A stretch of 64,000 bases of DNA from the IMG/VR virus record IMGVR_UViG_3300014204_000129, positions 32,001 to 96,000 of that record; one strand, 5' to 3'. The stretch comes from a virus (taxonomy: Duplodnaviria; Caudoviricetes). A program made the position numbers and the translations under genes. Under the pieces are notes generated by a model that saw nothing but the letters and a program-made list of their open reading frames with translations, made no database searches and was not told where the DNA came from. This document shows positions 58,375 to 64,000 of the stretch, piece after piece (the first letter of the stretch is position 1; every line of letters begins with the position of its first letter).

Positions 58375-60159
58375 TTACTTAGCCTCTGACCAGTTACTAC
58401 ATATAATTGGTGTAGCTACTAATGATATATGTAGGGGATACGCAGTATCCATACAAGTCTTTACTATGCTTGCTACCTCTTCCTCTAAGCCATCCTCTAC
58501 TTCTAGGTATATCTCATCATGAACCTGGATAATCTGGTAAGCACCATCTGGTAATAGTTTATCTATCTTTAATTGGGCTAGTTTAACAATGTCAGCCGCT
58601 GAGCCCTGAATAAGGGCATTCATGGCCTGCGTCTGTGGGCTTTCTTTATCGTCACCTCGGAACCTGCGCTGATGCCCTAGTAAGGTTTGTACTACTCCTC
58701 TCTGCATAGCCCAGTGCACACACAGGTCTTGTAGGTCTTTTATGTCTGAGAAAGTGTCATAATATTTATTTAGCAGATCACGGGCCTCTTGGTAGGACAC
58801 TCCAATCTCTTTGTGGAGTTTTTCTGGGCCCATACCATAGCATATACCGAAGGTAATAGATTTGGTACGCTTTCGCAAGGTATCACTTATCTTACTCATT
58901 GGCATGTTATATAGATGACTTGCCATATATTTATGGGCATCATACCCCTGTTTGAATGCCTGTACAAGTGCCCCATCACTATTTAAGTATTCTATTAGAA
59001 AGTGTGCTAAGACACGCAGTTCTAGTGCTGAATAATCAGCAATTATTAGTTTATAGCCAGGGGGTGCTATAAATGCTTTACGAATGTTGTAGACTGTGCG
59101 ATGAGCACTTATGTTTTGGAGGTTAGGAGAATCGCTTGATAGTCGGCCGGTAACGGTTCCAATCTGATTGAGAGAGCCATAGATACGACCAGCTACTGAG
59201 TTTGTAATAAGGGGAAGTAAGTAAGTACTCAGTAACTTCTTTAGATCTCTATATTCAAGCACTGCTTCAGCAAGAGGATGCTGTAATTCCTCTAGTACTT
59301 CTTTGTCTACAGACCTCTTACCCTTACTTGTTTGTTTCACACTAATCAATTTTAGTACATCAAATAATAGATGTCCTAACTCTACTACAGAATCTATATT
59401 AAACTCTGTGCCTGCTAGATGGTATATCTTATCTTTAATCTTTGGTATAGCAACGTGTTCTACTTCCTCTGCATACTGGGTTAATAGTGGTACGTCGATA
59501 TATGCACCCCTCATCTCCATCTTTGCTAGTACTCTAATAAGGGGCTTATCTAGATATTGATATAGAGTTTGAAATCTATCTAAGTTGGGCTTAAAATAAC
59601 CAAACCATAGTAGGTATGTATTTAGAGCGTCTGCGGCAGCATACTTTGCTAGAATACGATTATAGCCAAGGTCACCTAGACAAGGTAATCCTAACTGTCC
59701 TTCTTTAGCCCCTACCCTATTCATAGCATAATCTAGTGCACCATTGTTGTTGAACTCTATCTCAGGGGCGTCTAATCCAAGCTTCGCTACTGCTAAATCT
59801 TTTAGACGATGCTTATCCTTACGTTCATCCAGTAACCAGCTAGCAATTATAGTATCTTCTATATCACACAATACTTCTACACCTAACTTTGTTAGTGCCT
59901 TTATATCAAACTTCATATTATGTGCGATAGCAGTACTTGGCTTGCTAAATAGTTCTTGAAGGAAAGGTCTTAATTCATTAATTGGTATTGCACCCTCTAT
60001 ATCTATAACTGGAATGTAATATGAATCTGAACTATTTGCAAGGCTGATTCCTACTACTTTAAATGTTCCATAGTTGAGACCAGTAGTTTCTGTATCAAAG
60101 GCAAACTCTGTACCAATTAGATGCCTCGGTAGGTCATCTACTTCTCTAACTATTTTCAA
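58375..60159 (-). CDS. polA: family A DNA polymerase (3'-5' exonuclease + polymerase)
   Basis: FDTETT, HNMKFD, YA..DA, TGRLSS..PNLQN, DYSALELR, K..TFG..YG, QGSAAD, QVHDE. Confidence 0.95.
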   Translation of the reverse strand: MKIVREVDDLPRHLIGTEFAFDTETTGLNYGTFKVVGISLANSSDSYYIPVIDIEGAIPINELRPFLQELFSKPSTAIAHNMKFDIKALTKLGVEVLCDIEDTIIASWLLDERKDKHRLKDLAVAKLGLDAPEIEFNNNGALDYAMNRVGAKEGQLGLPCLGDLGYNRILAKYAAADALNTYLLWFGYFKPNLDRFQTLYQYLDKPLIRVLAKMEMRGAYIDVPLLTQYAEEVEHVAIPKIKDKIYHLAGTEFNIDSVVELGHLLFDVLKLISVKQTSKGKRSVDKEVLEELQHPLAEAVLEYRDLKKLLSTYLLPLITNSVAGRIYGSLNQIGTVTGRLSSDSPNLQNISAHRTVYNIRKAFIAPPGYKLIIADYSALELRVLAHFLIEYLNSDGALVQAFKQGYDAHKYMASHLYNMPMSKISDTLRKRTKSITFGICYGMGPEKLHKEIGVSYQEARDLLNKYYDTFSDIKDLQDLCVHWAMQRGVVQTLLGHQRRFRGDDKESPQTQAMNALIQGSAADIVKLAQLKIDKLLPDGAYQIIQVHDEIYLEVEDGLEEEVASIVKTCMDTAYPLHISLVATPIICSNWSEAK

Positions 60160-60164
60160 TACTG

Positions 60165-60506
60165 CTACCCTCCTGGATAATGGTCATTAAGATGAAGCGT
60201 TAAACCATTAGCGGTAATTTGATACTTACCGGGTTCCCATCCATTCTGCACGTCATGGGCACTGTACGCATAGCGACAATTCAACAGTGGCTTCCAAGGG
60301 CGTCGTACCACCTGTGCTGCAATTTGCAGGGCAGCCTCAGAGGGCTCTGAATCATAAGCATAATAGGCATCCAGCACTGTGTTCCAGTCTGGGGTTTCTG
60401 CATAGCGAACGAGCATAGTATCAGCACACATATACATGCCTGTAGTTCCAATAGCACCCGCTTCACCCATCAGAACGCAGGCGATCCACCATATTAATGT
60501 AAGCAC
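60165..60506 (-). CDS. SleB/Hydrolase_2-like cell-wall hydrolase
   Basis: IAC...GEA......GM...A.T...R; AAGGAG before GTG 60506. Confidence 0.5.
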   Translation of the reverse strand: MLTLIWWIACVLMGEAGAIGTTGMYMCADTMLVRYAETPDWNTVLDAYYAYDSEPSEAALQIAAQVVRRPWKPLLNCRYAYSAHDVQNGWEPGKYQITANGLTLHLNDHYPGG

Positions 60507-60510
60507 AAGT

Positions 60511-61293
60511 TTACTCCTTCCAAGTGAATCCGGCAGCATGGAGATGCCCACCACCGCCGTGCTTCTTGGCAATAGATTTAACATCCTTTTCTATACTTCT
60601 TAAACTATAAACTACTTCTCTCCTCTTATTTTTATACCAAACCACTCCAATATCTGCCTTACTTGCTAGGGCACCGCCTAACTCAGATTGTAGTATAGGA
60701 GAGTTTACCATAAGGCACGCATACCCATCAAGTATTGCGGGTTCGGCATTGCTAAGAATCCTCTCCACCAGTGCGTTCTTATAACGCTTAATAATAGCCC
60801 CTTCTTCGGCAAACCTGGTTATAGGTTCTTTAAGCATCGGTGCCCAGACTATAAACTCTCTGGGGTAGCTCTCTATTGAGACATTTACCTCTTCAGTGTC
60901 TACTAACTCATTATACCATAGATCTCTATCTTGTACATAGTAGTATAACCAAGGTATGTCTCTATGAGGATGAAAGTATTTCCAAGCTAGGACTGCTGCT
61001 GAGCACTCCACATCTACTTTTACATAATCACGCTCGCCAAGAGTATCAATAGTGCTAGCATGGTGATCTATAATTATTACTTTATCACACTCTAACTCTA
61101 TCTCATCTACTATAGTTACAGGTAATGATAAATCTAGTATATAAACTGTACACCCTTCAAGAGGTGGTATTATAGAATAATTATCATAATCTAGTGGCAA
61201 GTATATTGCATCCTCTCCAAACTTCTTCCAGGCTGCCATACCTGCAAAGAAGCCATCTATATCATTGTGATATATTACTGTTGTCATATTCAC
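60511..61293 (-). CDS. DHH/DHHA1 phosphoesterase
   Basis: YHND.DG, ILDLS, IDHH, DRDLW, SLRS, GGGGH..AAGF. Confidence 0.92.
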   Translation of the reverse strand: MNMTTVIYHNDIDGFFAGMAAWKKFGEDAIYLPLDYDNYSIIPPLEGCTVYILDLSLPVTIVDEIELECDKVIIIDHHASTIDTLGERDYVKVDVECSAAVLAWKYFHPHRDIPWLYYYVQDRDLWYNELVDTEEVNVSIESYPREFIVWAPMLKEPITRFAEEGAIIKRYKNALVERILSNAEPAILDGYACLMVNSPILQSELGGALASKADIGVVWYKNKRREVVYSLRSIEKDVKSIAKKHGGGGHLHAAGFTWKE

Positions 61294-61303
61294 TCCTACA
61301 GTA

Positions 61304-61333
61304 ATTATACCATATATATCATATATATGTCAA
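61304..61333 (-). promoter_or_regulatory. sigma70-type promoter
   Basis: TTGACA-18 nt-TATAAT with TG extension. Confidence 0.7.
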
Positions 61334-61521
61334 GATACCTTCACTAGCTTTCTATCTTCTGCCCAAGCTAGGTGGGTACCTATAAGCCAAATAACCGCTC
61401 GCCCTACCGCCTGGAAACTTATTCTTGCTTTTGTGGCAATCTCTCCCAGGGTGAGGGGTTCGGTTATATCAAGCTCCTTTATTCTCTCTATAGCCAACAA
61501 CTCTTCTTCTCTAGTTATCAT
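61330..61521 (-). CDS. small HTH protein
   Basis: LTLGEIATKARISFQAVGRAV. Confidence 0.6.
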   Translation of the reverse strand: MITREEELLAIERIKELDITEPLTLGEIATKARISFQAVGRAVIWLIGTHLAWAEDRKLVKVS

Positions 61522-61865
61522 CTTATTAACTCCGTGGGCACCCCTGCCTTAGTAGCCCTGGTAAGCATATCCCGTGTGCCCACACTTCTGTTTATATTAC
61601 TATGAAATGCTATAACAAGGTCTGCTCCAGTATCCAACATACGTTGGTTACGCAGCACACCCGCAGCCTTTCCCTCTTCCTTCCAATATGCGGGGTATAC
61701 CTCAAGTTTTAAGCCCAGCAGTTTTGCTGAGGCTTCTCCTAGTTTATCTGCACCACGACAGTGGCCAGAGATTATAGTAGTATCACTGGGGAGACGAGTG
61801 AGCCTCCCCAGTATCTTACCACTATCTTCCCAGTTCCTGTCACCACAGACTATAACCCTAGCCAC
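61518..61865 (-). CDS. SLOG-family (DUF2493/YspA-like) protein
   Basis: VCGDR, SGHCRGAD, AG..RN..M, S.GT.DM; start taken at GTG 61865. Confidence 0.85.
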   Translation of the reverse strand: MARVIVCGDRNWEDSGKILGRLTRLPSDTTIISGHCRGADKLGEASAKLLGLKLEVYPAYWKEEGKAAGVLRNQRMLDTGADLVIAFHSNINRSVGTRDMLTRATKAGVPTELIR

Positions 61866-62460
61866 TGAACTTTTCTTGGAGGTCACCAAATACTGCTGGT
61901 GCAATGCCATATAGTTGTCTAAGAACCTCTTTCATAACCTCTCGAATCTCCCACTGTGCTTCTTTATTACAACGGAGGTTTATAATATGCCGCCACTCAC
62001 GGAAGTTTGCAGTCATAATAAACTCAGTAGTTGTACCCTGGCCCAGCACCATTCTTGCATCCTCTTTTGGTACACCCAGATCACGTAGTTGACTATACAC
62101 ATGCTGCTGATTACGCATATGCATGTCATATATCAGACGTGCTTCTTCTAAATGTGCTGTACCACTCATACTAGGAATACCTATAAAGGAGAATTTATCT
62201 GCTGCTATGTATCTTTGACTAGCCACACTAAAGCTTGCCAGACGGTGCCTAGTAATCTGTGTTAAAAGAGCCCGACTAACCCCACTAATATAAAAGGTAG
62301 CGCTAGCATGCTCTAGAGGAGTCTCATGCTCACGACCAATACAGCGCTTAATAAAGGAATCTCTTGTAACCTCATTACTATCTGTACCCCAACATATTCT
62401 ATATGCACGCTCAATAAGCTCTTCAGGGCAGGGTGTATATACTAGAAGTTCAACATTCAT
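61858..62460 (-). CDS. thyX: FAD-dependent thymidylate synthase
   Basis: H.TPLEH, RHR.ASFSV.SQRY, EDAR, N.REW, AQWEIR. Confidence 0.95.
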   Translation of the reverse strand: MNVELLVYTPCPEELIERAYRICWGTDSNEVTRDSFIKRCIGREHETPLEHASATFYISGVSRALLTQITRHRLASFSVASQRYIAADKFSFIGIPSMSGTAHLEEARLIYDMHMRNQQHVYSQLRDLGVPKEDARMVLGQGTTTEFIMTANFREWRHIINLRCNKEAQWEIREVMKEVLRQLYGIAPAVFGDLQEKFSG

Positions 62461-62800
62461 GTACTATTACCTCCACAGGTATCTTCAACTTTAGTGCAAA
62501 GAAAGCTAGTTGTCTAAAGACATCACTCTCTCCTAAAATGAATACCTTATCTGGTCTACTTTCTATTACCTGTATATCACGGTCTAGGCCCATCATCAGA
62601 TCTTTGTGAGTAGTAGCACCACTGTGGTAGAAGTCCGCAGGGGTACAGTCTATCTTGTACCCCTCAGCTACAGCGCGTACCCCAGCGGCTAAGCCAGCCC
62701 TTGTATCTAAGTCACAGATTATTGTATCATCTTCTTTACTTAGTTGGGCTAGAATTTCTTCTAGCCCAGTATTAGTGTTTGCTAGTATAAATACTCTCAT
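62450..62800 (-). CDS. divergent SLOG-like protein
   Basis: colinear similarity to 61518..61865 without the Gly motifs. Confidence 0.5.
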   Translation of the reverse strand: MRVFILANTNTGLEEILAQLSKEDDTIICDLDTRAGLAAGVRAVAEGYKIDCTPADFYHSGATTHKDLMMGLDRDIQVIESRPDKVFILGESDVFRQLAFFALKLKIPVEVIVHEC

Positions 62801-63173
62801 CTGCTACCCAATCTGTTACATCATAGCTAGGAACTACCTCTCCCGGCATAAAACTAACACTACGAATATTATCAATATTCATCATATCTCTTGAAACATC
62901 TCTAAGATTACTTCTCCGTAGAAGAGAACTGATCTCATCTTCCATCCTATATATAAGCCTATCCCGTCTGTTCTCCTGTTGTTTTTTATCATGGAAACCC
63001 TGTGCGCGCCATCGTGCTCGTAGCATAGCGAGAAGTTTAGCATAGTTACTTTCTATAGCAAGAATAGCATATACTATAGAATGTAATCTATATACCTCTG
63101 CATCCACTTCTTCTAGACTCTCACTTACATATGTTACTACGGGCCTCTTACCTACTATCATTACAACATACAC
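62772..63173 (-). CDS. hypothetical protein
   Basis: coupled ORF. Confidence 0.55.
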   Translation of the reverse strand: MYVVMIVGKRPVVTYVSESLEEVDAEVYRLHSIVYAILAIESNYAKLLAMLRARWRAQGFHDKKQQENRRDRLIYRMEDEISSLLRRSNLRDVSRDMMNIDNIRSVSFMPGEVVPSYDVTDWVADESIYTSKH

Positions 63174-64000
63174 TTAGATTTCCCCTCTACTAAACATAGA
63201 GATAACCTCAGGAGTATCTGTTGAGAACCCGGTAACATCCATCATACCGGCGTCACTAGGATCAGCAATAGATATTTCTGTAGCCGTCATACCAACAACA
63301 ACCAACCTTGCAGGGATACCCAGGGCATCTCGATATTGCTTTAGAGCCTGGAAAGGATGAATATAACCTGCCCAAGTTTCGCTGTCTGTATAGATAACAA
63401 ATGTTTCTACAGGCAGTTTGTTTTTCATTGCATAGATCATTGGCAAGGCGCAGTCTGTGCCACCAAACGGTAGATTACTAACATATCTTACTACATCATC
63501 TAGACGCTGCTTCGGACTAATCTTTAGTGGCATAATACCTGCATTATAGTTAGTACCGTTTGTAAATCCAGTAATCATATACTGGTTCTCTACATTAGCA
63601 GTAACTAGTGCCATTGCAGCACTACCAACTCGTGGTGAGATACCAGGCATTCCTGCTAGTTCAGGCCCACCCATACTACCACTAACATCTAGTGCTAACA
63701 TTGTGTTTTTACCAGTAGGTGTGATGGTGCCAAAACTACTATAGAATGCCCCATCTAGTGCATCAACTACCTGCTGGACAGGGCTCCATGTCAAGTGGCC
63801 GCGAATACCCATACCACCGGCATATGTGTTAAGTGCAACTAGAATGGATAGTGGGTGCAACCTTGCTTGCTTAATATGATCTATATTATCTAGCTCACTT
63901 ACAATCTTCTTACTAGCAGCAGATAGTGGAGTAAGAAGCCCGACCTCAGTCATCTTGCCAAGATTACGGATCATAGCTGTCAGTGGCATCTTCTCAAGAA
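63174..64000 (-). CDS. rsr: Ro60/Rsr TROVE-vWA RNA-binding protein (5' part outside the window)
   Basis: MP.TA.IRNLG, RLHP, ALDVSGSM, GGTDCALPM, YTDSETW. Confidence 0.93.
   Translation of the reverse strand, partial: LEKMPLTAMIRNLGKMTEVGLLTPLSAASKKIVSELDNIDHIKQARLHPLSILVALNTYAGGMGIRGHLTWSPVQQVVDALDGAFYSSFGTITPTGKNTMLALDVSGSMGGPELAGMPGISPRVGSAAMALVTANVENQYMITGFTNGTNYNAGIMPLKISPKQRLDDVVRYVSNLPFGGTDCALPMIYAMKNKLPVETFVIYTDSETWAGYIHPFQALKQYRDALGIPARLVVVGMTATEISIADPSDAGMMDVTGFSTDTPEVISMFSRGEI

Overview
The whole window looks like part of a tailed dsDNA phage genome with a long non-contractile tail. No integrase, tRNA, rRNA or CRISPR array was seen. There are two convergent arms. The + arm (1-17640) carries early/recombination genes: a MoxR AAA+ with a peptidase-vWA partner, a DinG-like helicase, an HD protein, a pol-beta nucleotidyltransferase, an ERCC4 nuclease, a RecB/Cas4-like nuclease, an annealing protein and many small ORFs. 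The - arm (64000-17672) runs Ro60/TROVE, SLOG-thyX-SLOG, DHH, PolA, terminase (with intein), portal, a fused protease-capsid protein, tail genes, fibres and lysis genes. Lysis-gene domains suggest a Chloroflexota host (inference from recalled families). The top candidate novel system is a virion glycosylation/methylation kit built into the structural operon: 3 genes with 4 glycosyltransferase and 2 methyltransferase domains. Two of these genes sit directly upstream of a ~180-triplet, Pro-poor, Gly-X-Thr collagen fibre and appear to interrupt a fibre-attachment motif. The second theme is an RNA-repair/nucleotide-signal suite: Ro60, an RlaP-like NTase, degenerate HD and SLOG proteins, an Sm-like protein and a candidate structured RNA. 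All family calls come from motif recognition by eye; no searches were run.
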